Below, in pieces: positions 40,394-50,480 of a DNA stretch of 64,000 bases; position 1 is the stretch's first letter, and the number at the start of each line of letters is the position of its first letter. The DNA is from an uncultured Spirochaetota bacterium (GTDB lineage Bacteria; Spirochaetota; Spirochaetia; SZUA-6; CAVTHK01), in contig CAVTHK010000001.1 in NCBI GenBank assembly GCA_963734495.1, forward strand, positions 768,001 to 832,000. Reading direction: 5' to 3'. The notes below the pieces were generated by a model, which saw nothing but the letters and a program-made list of their open reading frames with translations, ran no database searches and had not been told where the DNA came from. The translations under genes were made by a program, and so were the position numbers.

Positions 40394-40539
40394 AGCGGCC
40401 CCTGCGGCCTTCGGCCGCGGCCGGGCCGGACCGCGCCGCACCCCCGCCGCTATCCTGCCCCGGCGAACGTTAGTAATTTTGGCACGTACGCGGCGCCGCG
40501 TGATGCAAAGAGGGACGGCCGCAGCGGCGCGCGGACGGC

Positions 40540-41094
40540 ATGGCGGGGGAAGCGATGGTCAAGGATCTCACCGGGACCGAGGTGGCCACCCTGGGCGGCG
40601 GCTGCTTCTGGTGCACCGAAGCGGTTTACGAGCGGCTCGACGGCGTCGTCGACGTCGTCTCCGGCTACTCCGGCGGAAAGACGAAGGACCCGACCTACGA
40701 GGAGGTCTGTTCCGGCCGCACCGGGCACGCCGAAGTCGTGCAGGTCCATTTCGATCCGAAGAGGATCAGCTACGAGAAGATCCTGCAGGAGTTCTGGCAC
40801 GCCCACGACCCGACGTCGCTGAACCGGCAGGGCGCCGACGTCGGCACGCAGTACAGGTCGATCATCCTCTATCACGACGAGGGCCAGCGGCAGATCGCCG
40901 AGAAGAGCAAGGCCGAGGCGGCCAAGGGCCGCTCGCGGCCGATCGTCACGGAGATCACGCCGTTCCAGGCGTTCTACGCGGCCGAGGACTATCACCAGGA
41001 CTACTACGAGAAGAACCCCTCGGCCGGCTACTGCGCCTTCGTCATCCGGCCCAAGCTCGACAAGCTCGACCTCCCCACGCGGCCGGTCAGGTGA
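40540..41094 (+). CDS. msrA: Peptide-methionine (S)-S-oxide reductase
   Basis: GGCFWC, GYSGG, TGHAEVV, HDPT.LNRQG.DVGTQYRS, AEDYHQDY; start may be 40555. Confidence 0.96.
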   Translation: MAGEAMVKDLTGTEVATLGGGCFWCTEAVYERLDGVVDVVSGYSGGKTKDPTYEEVCSGRTGHAEVVQVHFDPKRISYEKILQEFWHAHDPTSLNRQGADVGTQYRSIILYHDEGQRQIAEKSKAEAAKGRSRPIVTEITPFQAFYAAEDYHQDYYEKNPSAGYCAFVIRPKLDKLDLPTRPVR

Positions 41095-41100
41095 CCGACC

Positions 41101-41577
41101 CTACGCCGGACTGGCGCCCGGCGGCTCCGTGAGGTCGGCCATCCGGCCGCCGCTGATCTCCTCGAGCTGGGCGATGGTCATCGGCACGCCTGAGCCGTCG
41201 GTCCCCGCCGCGGGGTAGACGGTGGGCCAGCGGTCCAGGTGCCGGTCGATGAGCACATCGACGCCCTCGACGCCGAACGGGCACACGCCTCCCGGCGGGA
41301 AGCCCGTGACCGCCACCGTCTCCTCCGCGGTGGCCATGCGCGTCTTGACGCCGACGGCGGCCTTGAGCTTGGCATTGGTGACCCTGCGGTCGCCCGGGCA
41401 CAGGACCATGTAGTAGCGGTCGTCCTTCCCCTTGAAGAGGAGGCTCTTGGCGATCTGGCCGACCTCGACGCCGAGCGCGGCCGCGGCCATGGGGGCGGTC
41501 GGGGTCGTGCCTTGCGCGAACTCGATCGCGGCCAGCCCGTGCCGCGCCAGGATGGACCTCACTCTGTCGGGGATCAT
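41101..41577 (-). CDS. YbaK/EbsC aminoacyl-tRNA editing family protein
   Basis: IAKSLLF, TG...GGVCPFG, AAG. Confidence 0.92.
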   Translation of the reverse strand: MIPDRVRSILARHGLAAIEFAQGTTPTAPMAAAALGVEVGQIAKSLLFKGKDDRYYMVLCPGDRRVTNAKLKAAVGVKTRMATAEETVAVTGFPPGGVCPFGVEGVDVLIDRHLDRWPTVYPAAGTDGSGVPMTIAQLEEISGGRMADLTEPPGASPA

Positions 41578-41710
41578 GCCCGCCTCCTCGCGGCCTGAAG
41601 CTTACGGGAGACGAGGCGGCCGCGTAAAGCGCGCATGGCGCGCCCGGCCTCGCCGTCACGCTGTTGAAACACAGCCCCCGATGGGGTAAACCTAGAAACG
41701 GTACGACAGC

Positions 41711-42265
41711 ATGGCCGACTCCCTGGACAGCATCCCGCCGCCCCTTCAGGCTCACCTGCGCCAGGTGGCGCGCAGCGCCGGGCTCCCCGACTGCGAGGAG
41801 ACCCACGGCGCGCTCGCCCGCGCGTGGCTCGAGAAGAGGGCCGGGTTCCAGGAGCAGGTGCGGCAGTTCGCGATGGAAGAAGTCGACCGCATCGAAGCGG
41901 ACGACGAGCGGGGCTTTCTCGTGATGACCTACTCGGGCTCGCTCCTGAAAGTCGGACCTCTTGTCGAAGGCGCCCGCCGGGTGGAATACACGAGCATCGG
42001 TCTTCGCACGAACGTCCCCGACGCAGCCAGCGCGGCGGGCTCGGGCCTCGACGGCGGCGTTTCGACCGGCGGCGTGGTCAACCTGAAGCATGGCCCCATC
42101 CGCTCGACCTCGCAGGTGTTCAAGATCGCCGTCTTCACCAACCCGCTCGGCGTCGCGGAGCAGGAGCGGCGTCTTTCGCTCCTCACCGACATCCTCGCGC
42201 GCGAGTTCGCCAGGTCGAACAACGCGCTCTCGCTCAAGCCCGGCGGGAGGGCAGCGGGGCGGTGA
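41711..42265 (+). CDS. Hypothetical protein translationally coupled to the Ser/Thr kinase
   Basis: Coding-like 184-aa ORF; GTGA overlap with the kinase. Confidence 0.75.
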   Translation: MADSLDSIPPPLQAHLRQVARSAGLPDCEETHGALARAWLEKRAGFQEQVRQFAMEEVDRIEADDERGFLVMTYSGSLLKVGPLVEGARRVEYTSIGLRTNVPDAASAAGSGLDGGVSTGGVVNLKHGPIRSTSQVFKIAVFTNPLGVAEQERRLSLLTDILAREFARSNNALSLKPGGRAAGR

Positions 42266-44106
42266 GCCGGATCCCTCAGCACATCGACAAGTACCGCATC
42301 CTCGAGCAGGTCGCCGAAGGCGGCATGGGCGTCATCTACAAGGCGGAGCATCCCACCCTCGGCAGGCCCGTGATCCTCAAGCGCCTCACGCTCGCGGGCG
42401 GCGAGGGCGCCGCGGCCCGTTTCCGCCGCGAGGCGCGGATCATGATGAGCTTCCGCAACGACGCGATCGTCGACGTGCACGACCACTTCCGCGCCGGCTC
42501 CTCGTGGTACATCGTCATGGAGTACGTGGACGGCGTGTCGCTCGACGCGCTGATCCGCGGCCGGGGCGCGCTGCCGAGCGAGGCGGCGCTGCTGATCCTG
42601 CTCGAGTGCGCCAGGGCGCTCAAGTACGCCCACGACAAGGGCGTCGTTCACCGCGACGTCAAGCCGAGCAACATCCTCATCTCGCGCAAGGGCGAGGTGA
42701 AGCTCACGGATTTCGGCATCGCGACGGCCCGCGACGACGAGGGCTCGACCGCGCTCACCTCGACGGGGGTCACCCTGGGCACCGTGGCCTACATGTCGCC
42801 CGAGCAGATCGAAAGCTCCCGCGACGTGGACAAGCGCTCCGACATCTACTCGCTCGGCGTCATGCTCTACGAGATGGTCACGGGGAAGGCTCCCTTTCCC
42901 GGCAGCTTCACGCCGCAGACGCTCGCGATGATCCAGCGGGGGAAGTTCAAGCCCGTCGGCAGGGCGAACCCGCGCGTCCTGCCGCTCGTGAAGAAGGTCA
43001 TCCGCCGCACGATCCGCCCCTCGCCGCGGAAGCGCTTCCAGGACCTCGGCGTGCTGCTGCGCCTGCTCGAGCGGGGGCTGCGGTTCACGGACGGCCCGGG
43101 CGTGCAGCGGGCGCTCGAGGCGTGGCTCGACGGCAAGGGGCCCGGCAGCGTCACCCGCAGGCTGAGCCCGGGCATCCCGGCCGCGGCCGCTCTCGCGGGA
43201 CTGGCCGCGATCGCGGCGGGAGGGTTTGCCGCTTACCGCGAGGGCCTCGCGCAGGAGCTGCTGCTTTCGGGGAGCTACGGCGCCCTCACCGTCGAGGTCG
43301 CCGGCGCGACGGTCGCGAAGCCTCGCGTCACCGTCTACCGCGGCGACTCCGGGGAGCCGGCCGCCGTGGTGGGGCTCGAGGGGCGCGACGGGGGCTGGCG
43401 CTCGCGGCGGGTCTACCTCCCGGCCGGCTCCTACCGCGCCTCGGTCGAGGCCGACGGGCTGCTCGCGTGGTACGGCTTCCTGCTCGAGCCGCGTGAGCTG
43501 CAGCGCAAGAGCCCGGCGACGAGCGACGGGTACCGGCTCGAGGTCGGCGCTTCGGACGCGCTCGCTTCGCTGCGGCTGCCCGTGGCGGTCGTCTTCCGCG
43601 TCGTCGACCTGCTCGACGGTTCGGATCTCACCGCGGGGACGACCGTCGACGTCAAGATCGGCGACGGCTGGAGCCCGCTCACGCGCGAGAGCCTCACCCG
43701 CGTCGTGACCGGCTCGTCCTACGAGTTCCGCTTCGAGAGGCCGGACTACTACCCGCTCACCAGCAAGGTGCGGATCGCGCCTCACGAGGCGCTGCTGCGC
43801 CTGGAGGCCGCGCTCGCGCCGGCCCCGGCATCGGTCAGGATCGCGACGACCCTCGCGGGCCTGCGGCTGCGCATCGACGGCTCGTCCCGGTACCTGAGCG
43901 CGGAGCGGGTCCCCGTCTACCGGGATCTCGCCTCCTCCGATGCCGCCTCGCGGGAGCTGCTGGTGGTCCCCGGCGCGCACCGCGTCAGCGCGGAGCGCGG
44001 CGACCTCGGCAACGCGGCCCTGGACGTTTCCGTGCAGTCCGGCGAGCGGACGACGATCACGATCGAGGCCGTGGGCGGAAAGCTCGCGCTCCGCCGCTTC
44101 CCGTAG
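42262..44106 (+). CDS. Hanks-type Ser/Thr protein kinase with TM helix and extracytoplasmic beta-sandwich (PEGA-like) repeats
   Basis: GGMG.IY, VILK, HRDVKPSN, DFGIA, YMSPEQ, DIYSLG; TM at about residue 300. Confidence 0.93.
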   Translation: MSRIPQHIDKYRILEQVAEGGMGVIYKAEHPTLGRPVILKRLTLAGGEGAAARFRREARIMMSFRNDAIVDVHDHFRAGSSWYIVMEYVDGVSLDALIRGRGALPSEAALLILLECARALKYAHDKGVVHRDVKPSNILISRKGEVKLTDFGIATARDDEGSTALTSTGVTLGTVAYMSPEQIESSRDVDKRSDIYSLGVMLYEMVTGKAPFPGSFTPQTLAMIQRGKFKPVGRANPRVLPLVKKVIRRTIRPSPRKRFQDLGVLLRLLERGLRFTDGPGVQRALEAWLDGKGPGSVTRRLSPGIPAAAALAGLAAIAAGGFAAYREGLAQELLLSGSYGALTVEVAGATVAKPRVTVYRGDSGEPAAVVGLEGRDGGWRSRRVYLPAGSYRASVEADGLLAWYGFLLEPRELQRKSPATSDGYRLEVGASDALASLRLPVAVVFRVVDLLDGSDLTAGTTVDVKIGDGWSPLTRESLTRVVTGSSYEFRFERPDYYPLTSKVRIAPHEALLRLEAALAPAPASVRIATTLAGLRLRIDGSSRYLSAERVPVYRDLASSDAASRELLVVPGAHRVSAERGDLGNAALDVSVQSGERTTITIEAVGGKLALRRFP

Positions 44107-44136
44107 CCGGCCGCGGCGCGCCGACCTTCAATTCTA

Positions 44137-45831
44137 TTATCTGTATCTGAAGGTGACGAACGCCGTGATCTCCGCGTCGTCGAGAGGCGATGCGTCTTCG
44201 CCGAGGGGGTGGCTGATGTGCACCCAGGCGACGCTCCCGCCTGTCGTGAGGAACGGGAGCGGGCTGATCTCCCCCGAGCCGGTGAGGATGAAGCGGCGGT
44301 CCGGGTGGTCGCCCGTGGGCGTGCGCGCGCCGCTGGGGTCGGCGTACGCGCCGCTGGTGAGGAGAGCCGCGGCCTCCGAGTCGCCGGGGTAGAGGTCTTC
44401 GATGCCGATGCTGCCCTTGGCGCGGAGCTCCGCGCTGAGGGAGGCGGCCCACCGGCCCGGGACGCGGTAGCCGATCGTCAGGGTCTTGCTGTCGGCGTCC
44501 GGGCCGTATTTCCAGCCCAGCGGGCGGTCCAGGTAGTAGCGGTGCGAGGCCGTGATGTGCCGGCGCACGGTGTAGGAAAGGAGCGGGCTCGCGAAACGCT
44601 CGGTGTAGAGCCAGGGGTTGGAGTGGATCCACTCCAACGTGGCCTCGAACCAGCCCTCGCCCGCCGGCTTCAGGCCTTGAAGGCCGAAGAGGTAGCCGTA
44701 GGAGTCAGGCTGGTCGGCGGCGTCCGGGTAGGCGGCGAGCTCGCTCGGGGTCTGCCACTGGTCGAGCACGTACTGCGCGTAGACCGCAAGGCCCGCGATC
44801 GGCGTCCACTCCGCCTCGACGGCCATGTTGATGTTGGTGATCTGGTTCTCGAACCAGTTGTGGAACACCATCATCGGGTTGAGGTAGGTGACGTCGGGGT
44901 ACTTGCGGCCGAAGATCGTCGCCTCGGTGAGGCTCAATCCCAGCGTGCCGAACAGGCGCGCCTCGACGCGGTGGGCGAAGAAGGCCTTGTAGGGCTCGGG
45001 CCCTCCCGTGGAGGCGTCCGGGTCGTTGGCGAGCTCGCTGGTCGTGAGCCAGGGCTCGAGGCCCGCGTACACCGTCGTCCACTTGAAGGCCTTCCACCAG
45101 GTCGTCGCGCGCACGAAGTCGAGGTAGCCCGCCGAGTCGGACAGCATCAGGTTTCCGCCGGTGCCGTTGCCCCACGACAGCGTGTCGCGGCCGAGCTGCA
45201 CGCTCCAGTGCGGCCCGCCTCCGGCAACGAAGGCCCGGAAGGGGAAATGGGCATACAGGGCGTAGGGGTCCGTGATCACGTTGGTGTGCTTGTCGGGCTC
45301 CAGGATGGAGATGCGCGGCTCCTCGCGCAGGTCGATCTCCATGAGAGCGTAGAGCCCGTCGAAGAGCCACACCTCGAGCGGAACTCTGAGGAGCGGGAGG
45401 CGCTCCTCGTAGCCGTGCTCCCACGCGTTGTCGTCGGGAAGCACGATCACCTGGGTCTTGTCGTCGATGCCGGGGTCGGGTTGCTCGCCGATGTGCCAGT
45501 AGGTCTCGAGGCTCGCTTCGACCGAGACGCCGAAGGCGAAGCCGCCTTCCTCGCCGTACACGCGTCGCCGCGAGGCGAGATCGCGGACACGCTCGAGGGC
45601 GAGACGGCCGGCGGGCGAGAGCGCGCGCGAGTCGATGCGCGAGAGCTGGTGCTCGAGCTCCGCGACCGACCAGGGCTCGGCCTGGGAGGGCAGGCCGCGG
45701 CCCTGCTCGATGTAGAGCGCGCGGACGAGACCATAGATCTCGGAATCCACGGGGATGACGGTCTGGCCGTTCTGGCCGGCAGCGGAAAGCGCCGCGAGGC
45801 AGAGCGCGATGGCGAGCAGCGATCTTTTCAT
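44137..45831 (-). CDS. Capsule-assembly Wzi-like outer membrane beta-barrel protein
   Basis: Signal peptide; QLGRD..SWG.G..GNL.LSD, .HR.E, LG..YGPD; aromatic C-terminal strand FVTFRYR. Confidence 0.75.
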   Translation of the reverse strand: MKRSLLAIALCLAALSAAGQNGQTVIPVDSEIYGLVRALYIEQGRGLPSQAEPWSVAELEHQLSRIDSRALSPAGRLALERVRDLASRRRVYGEEGGFAFGVSVEASLETYWHIGEQPDPGIDDKTQVIVLPDDNAWEHGYEERLPLLRVPLEVWLFDGLYALMEIDLREEPRISILEPDKHTNVITDPYALYAHFPFRAFVAGGGPHWSVQLGRDTLSWGNGTGGNLMLSDSAGYLDFVRATTWWKAFKWTTVYAGLEPWLTTSELANDPDASTGGPEPYKAFFAHRVEARLFGTLGLSLTEATIFGRKYPDVTYLNPMMVFHNWFENQITNINMAVEAEWTPIAGLAVYAQYVLDQWQTPSELAAYPDAADQPDSYGYLFGLQGLKPAGEGWFEATLEWIHSNPWLYTERFASPLLSYTVRRHITASHRYYLDRPLGWKYGPDADSKTLTIGYRVPGRWAASLSAELRAKGSIGIEDLYPGDSEAAALLTSGAYADPSGARTPTGDHPDRRFILTGSGEISPLPFLTTGGSVAWVHISHPLGEDASPLDDAEITAFVTFRYR

Positions 45832-46132
45832 ACCGCTTCCCGCGAGTCTACACTCCGCGGCGGACGGCGACAACACTCGGCGGCGACGGCCCGCCGACTC
45901 ACTTCTCCAGGACGACTCGACCCCAGGCTGGCCCAGGACGCGCTGGACACAGTCAGGATCTGCTCGGCGATCGCGCGTTCGGCCGAGAAGGGCCGCGTGC
46001 AGGACGTCACCTAAAGGAGCGCGTTCCCCCCGCAGGAGCACGGGCAGCGGGTCCCGCCCGGCCATTGTCATGGTCAACGGGCGAGACCGGCCTGCCCGGC
46101 CCGCGCTATAATTGCGGCAGACTGGGGGGAGC

Positions 46133-47242
46133 TTGATCCGTATCCTGCACAGCGCCGATCTCCATCTCGCGCTCGGCGATCGCTCCTACGGGCTCGCGGT
46201 TCTGGATGAGCTCTGCGGCATCGCGGCGCGGGAGCGGGTCGACCTCTGGCTGCTCGCAGGCGACACCTTCGACAGCTATGCGGATCTCGAAGGCCTGCGC
46301 GCCGCTTTTCGCGAGCGCATGCTCAGGGTCGCCGAGCGCGCGACCGTGCTCATGATCCCCGGCAATCACGAGGTGCTCGGCGCGGGCGCCCCTTCGCTCG
46401 GGCGGCTCGACACGGGCGTGCCCTTTCGGCTCGCGAGGCCCTTCGAGCTGATGGAGCTCCCGGGCCTCGAGATCCTCGTGGTGCCGTGGGGCGCGGACCT
46501 CTCCGACTACCTCTCGTGGACCGTGCCGGAAAAGAAGACGCCCCTGCGCCTGGCCCTGGCCCACGGAACGGTCGCGGGGTTCGGCCTGTCGGGGCCGGAC
46601 GACGACGCCGACGGGTCCGCCATAGACCCCGGGCTCTTCGGCCAGCTCCGCATCGACTACGCTGCCCTCGGTCACATCCACGCCGGACGGCTCCTGCGCG
46701 CGGGAGGCGCGGGTGCCGGCGGCGGAACGGCGGGCGCCGCGGTGCTCGCCTACCCCGGCTCGGCGAGAGTATGGCGCCGCGGCGAGGAGGGGCCGCGGCG
46801 CGCGCTGCTGCTCGAGGCGGACCCGGCTGCCCCGGGCATCAGGCACCGCTGGATCGAGCTGGAGTCGGCGGGCCGCTTCCGCGTGCACGAGCAGCCGCTC
46901 GGGCTCGACGGCGCCTGCCCGGACCTCGGCGGCTCGGCCGCGGGCTGGGGGCCGAACGACTGGGTGGAGGTCCGCCTCTCGGGACTGGTCGAGGACGAAG
47001 GGATGGTCGCCGGGCTGGAGCGCAGCCTGCGCGCCGCGTACGCGCCGCGCGTCCGCAAGCTCGACGTCGCGCGCGACGAGATCCTCGTGCTCGGCGGGAT
47101 CGCATCGCAGCCGATCGCGCGGAAGTTCCTGCAGCTCTGGGCCGCGCGCAGGCCCGCGGACGAGGCCTCCGCGCAGGCGTGGCTCGCGGCGCGCGACATC
47201 GGGCTGCGGAGGATCAAGGCGCTGCTGGAGGCGAGACGATGA
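46133..47242 (+). CDS. SbcD/Mre11-like metallophosphoesterase (DNA nuclease)
   Basis: HSADLHL, AGDTFD, PGNHE, LAHG, ALGHIH, YPGS; TATAAT at 46107. Confidence 0.9.
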   Translation: MIRILHSADLHLALGDRSYGLAVLDELCGIAARERVDLWLLAGDTFDSYADLEGLRAAFRERMLRVAERATVLMIPGNHEVLGAGAPSLGRLDTGVPFRLARPFELMELPGLEILVVPWGADLSDYLSWTVPEKKTPLRLALAHGTVAGFGLSGPDDDADGSAIDPGLFGQLRIDYAALGHIHAGRLLRAGGAGAGGGTAGAAVLAYPGSARVWRRGEEGPRRALLLEADPAAPGIRHRWIELESAGRFRVHEQPLGLDGACPDLGGSAAGWGPNDWVEVRLSGLVEDEGMVAGLERSLRAAYAPRVRKLDVARDEILVLGGIASQPIARKFLQLWAARRPADEASAQAWLAARDIGLRRIKALLEARR

Positions 47243-49486
47243 TCCGCGCGCTGCGCCTCTCGCGCTTCGGCCGTTTCGAGGCGCGCTCCTTCGACATGGG
47301 GCCGGTCACGGCGTTCCTCGGGCCGAACGAGTCCGGCAAGTCCACGATCGCCGACGCGCTCTTCGCCGCGATCTGCAACCCGGCGGGGACCCTCAAACGG
47401 GCCAAGGAGCTGCGGAAGCGCTACGGCGACTACGAGCCTCCCGAGGTCGAGTGGGAAGGCGAGCCGCAGCCCATCGAGGCCGACGAGTACCTGAACCTGT
47501 TCGAGATCCATTCAGGAGCCTTCGACCTCAAGCTCGACGACAAGAGCGAGTGGCTGCGCCGCGTCAAGAGCGAGCTGTTCAGCGGCGGCCTCGACCCCAA
47601 CCGCCTCGTCAAGGAGCTCGGCGACGAGGCGGCGGAGGGCGGGCGGACGAAAGCCGCGCGCCAGGTCAAGGAGAAGACCACGGAGCGGGAGCGGCTCGGC
47701 CGCGACCTCGACGACCTGAAGCGGCAGCGCGACGAGGTGCTCGGGCGGCAGCAGCGCGTCGAGGAGGCCGCGGCGCGCCTGCGGCAGCTCGAGCAGCAGG
47801 CGGCGGCGACCGCGACGCGCCTGGCCGAGGTGGACGCGCACCTCCGCCAGCAGCGGCTCATCCGCGAGCGCGCGCGTCCCGCGCGCGTGCTCGCCGAGAT
47901 GCAGAGGGTTTCCTCGGCGCTCGAAGAGATCGAGGCCGCAGGCGCGGCAGCGGACGAGGCGCCGCTCGCGGCGCTGCACGCGCGCGTGGAGGAGGCGCGC
48001 AGCCGGCTCGCGGCGGCCGAGGCGGGCGAGCGGCAGGCGCGCGGGGAGCGCGAGCGCGCGGAGGCCGCCAGGACGGCCGAAGACCGCGCGCTCGCTGCGG
48101 CGAGGGATGCGGCCGCCCTCGCGGCGGAGCTGCGCCGGTCGCACGAGCGGCGTCCCGCCGGCGGCCCTCGCCGCGGCCGCGGCTCTTGCGGCGCTCGGGC
48201 TCGCCCTCGCCGCCGGGCTCGCCCATCAACTTCCGGCGTGGGCACGCGCCGGGCTCGGGATCGCGGCCGCCGGCTGCTTCGCGCTGGCGTGGTTGCTCCG
48301 CGGCGGCGGGGCGCGGGCCCGCATCGCGCGGGTGCAGGAGGAGTGGCGCCGCCGCGGAGGGCCCGGAGAGCTCGCGGCGTCGCGCTGGGAGGGGCTGCTC
48401 GCCGAGCTGCACGTGCACGAGGGCTCCCCCGCGCGCCTCGGCGAGCGGCAGGCGGCCGCTGCGGCGGAGCTGGCCGCCCGCGAGGAGGCGCTGGCCGCTG
48501 CGGCCGCGGAGGCCGCGCGCGGCCGGGAGCGAGCTGGCGGCTGCGGGCGCGGAGGAGGAGCGCTGGCTGCGCGAGCACGGCGCCGTTTCGGTCGAGGACT
48601 ACCACGCCCGCCGCGCCCGCAGGCTCGCGGCGGAGCGCCTCGCCGGCGGAGGCGCGCGGCCTCGTCGCCGAGGCGCGCGCGGAGTACGGCGGCCGCGGAC
48701 GACGACGCGCTGCGCGCCGAGGTCGACCGCAGGCTCCGCGAGCTGGACGCGGAGATCGTCGAGACACCGCTCCCGGAGCCGGAGGCGCGCCGCCTCGAAG
48801 GCGAGCGCGCGAGGCTCCAGGAGCGGCAGGAGGGGCTCGCGCGCGATCGCGAGAAGGTCAAAGGAGACCGTGGATCAGGAGCGGGGCGGCATCAGGAGCT
48901 CGCTCGGCGAGCTGCCGCAGCGCATCGTCGCCAGGGAGAAGGAGCTCGCGGCCTGCTCCGCCGAGCTCGCGCGCATGGAGCTGGGCCGCAGGGCCGCGGC
49001 CATCGCCCGCGATCTCTTTGCCGAGATCGCCCGCGACTCCGACGTGCTGATGGAGCAGCTCGCGCGGCGAGATCGGCGCGATCTACGGCGACCTGGTCGG
49101 AGGACGCAGGGGCGTGAGCCTCGCGGCGTTCGGCATCGACGGCGCGAGCGTCGTGGACGCGGGCGGCGCTGCGCGCGACTTGGGCGCGCTTTCGAGCGGC
49201 ACGCGCGACCTCTTTCTGCTCGCCGCGCGCCTGACCCTTGCGTCGCGAAGCCGGCCGCGGGACGCGCTCGTGGTGCTCGACGAGCCCTTCCAGACGATCG
49301 ACAGCGGCCGCGCGGAGCGCGCGCTGGCGCTGCTCGCGCGCTTCCGCGAGGCAGCGCGGCTGGCAGATCGTGCTGTTCAGCAAGGACGAGGCCCTCGGCC
49401 CCCGCATCGCCGCGCTGTTCCCGGACGCGCTGGTGCACCGGCTCTCGGCAGGCGGGGCCGACGCGGCGGACGCGCACGCGGTTTGA
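47239..49486 (+). CDS. SbcC/Rad50-like (YhaN-type) coiled-coil ABC ATPase; several frameshifts
   Basis: FGRF, GPNESGKST, long coiled coil, LSSGTRD signature and VLDEPF Walker B spread over several frames; ATGA overlap with the nuclease. Confidence 0.85.
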
Positions 49487-49519
49487 CCGTCCGTCTGCGG
49501 CAAGTGCTACGGTCCGCCG

Positions 49520-50474
49520 GTGACGCGAGGCCAACGTGTCTCCGACGGCGTCTTCGTTCTTCTGCTCGTGCTCTCCATGATCGGGTGGGGCGGCACCTGG
49601 ACTTCGGCCAAGCTCATAGCGGGGTCGGCCTCGCTCGAGCTGGTGGTGTTCTGGCGCTTCGTGCTCACCGCCGCGTCCCTCGTTCCGCGTGCTCGTTGCC
49701 GCCCGCGAGCCCTTCGCGCTGCCGTGGAAGAGCGTGCCGGGTCTCGTCGCCGCGGCCGCGCTCATGACCGCCTACAACCATTTCTTTTTCGGCGGAGTGC
49801 GCGACGGCCTGGCCGGCACCGGCGGCGTGCTCGTGTCGAGCCTCAACCCGGTCTTCACGTTCATCGCGATGCGGGCCATCGAGCGGCGCCGGCCCTCGGC
49901 CGCGGAGATGGCCGGCGTGGCGCTCGGGATCGCGGGCGGGGCGATCCTGCTGCAGGTCTGGCGATTCGACGGCCGCGAGCTCGCGGCCGGCGGCAGCCTG
50001 TTCTTCCTGCTCGCGGCCGCGAGCTGGTCCGCCCTGACGTTGCTGAGCCAGCGCGTCCAGCAGTACGTGGGTTTCCTGGCTTACAGCTTCTACGTGAACG
50101 CCTTTTCCGCGGTGATGAACCTGCCCTGGGCGATCAGGGACGGGCTCGTCGTCAGGGTCGAGCATCCGGGGGCGTTCTGGCTGAACCTCGCGTACCTGGC
50201 GTTCGTCGGCACCTCGTTCGCCACGACCGTGTTCTTCCGGGCGTCGAGGAGGCTGGGGCCGCAGAAGGCAAGCTCCTTCGTCTTCCTGGTCCCCGTCCTC
50301 GCCCCGCTGCTGAGCTGGCTGGTGATCGGCGAGACGCCCGAGCGGGCCACGCTCCTGGGCGGCCCTCTCGCCGTGCTGGCGGTCTTCCTGATCAACCGCG
50401 GCGCGGCCCGGGGGGGCGGTGCCGCGGACGGAGCAAAAAATGCTGACACGCAGGCGCAAGCCGCGTTAGAATAG
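49520..50474 (+). CDS. DMT/EamA family transporter; frameshift near 49685
   Basis: WG.TW...K, FWRF, LNPVFT, LVPV.A.LL....GE; about 10 TM across two frames. Confidence 0.88.
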
Positions 50475-50480
50475 CGCGCC

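Noticed and set aside
40471..40540. In-frame TGA upstream of msrA as a possible selenocysteine codon
   Set aside because: No start codon lies between it and upstream TAG/TAA stops, and the catalytic GCFWC motif uses Cys
45832..46077. 82-aa N-terminal extension of the Wzi-like ORF
   Set aside because: The signal peptide starts at ATG 45831 and a promoter-like box lies immediately upstream
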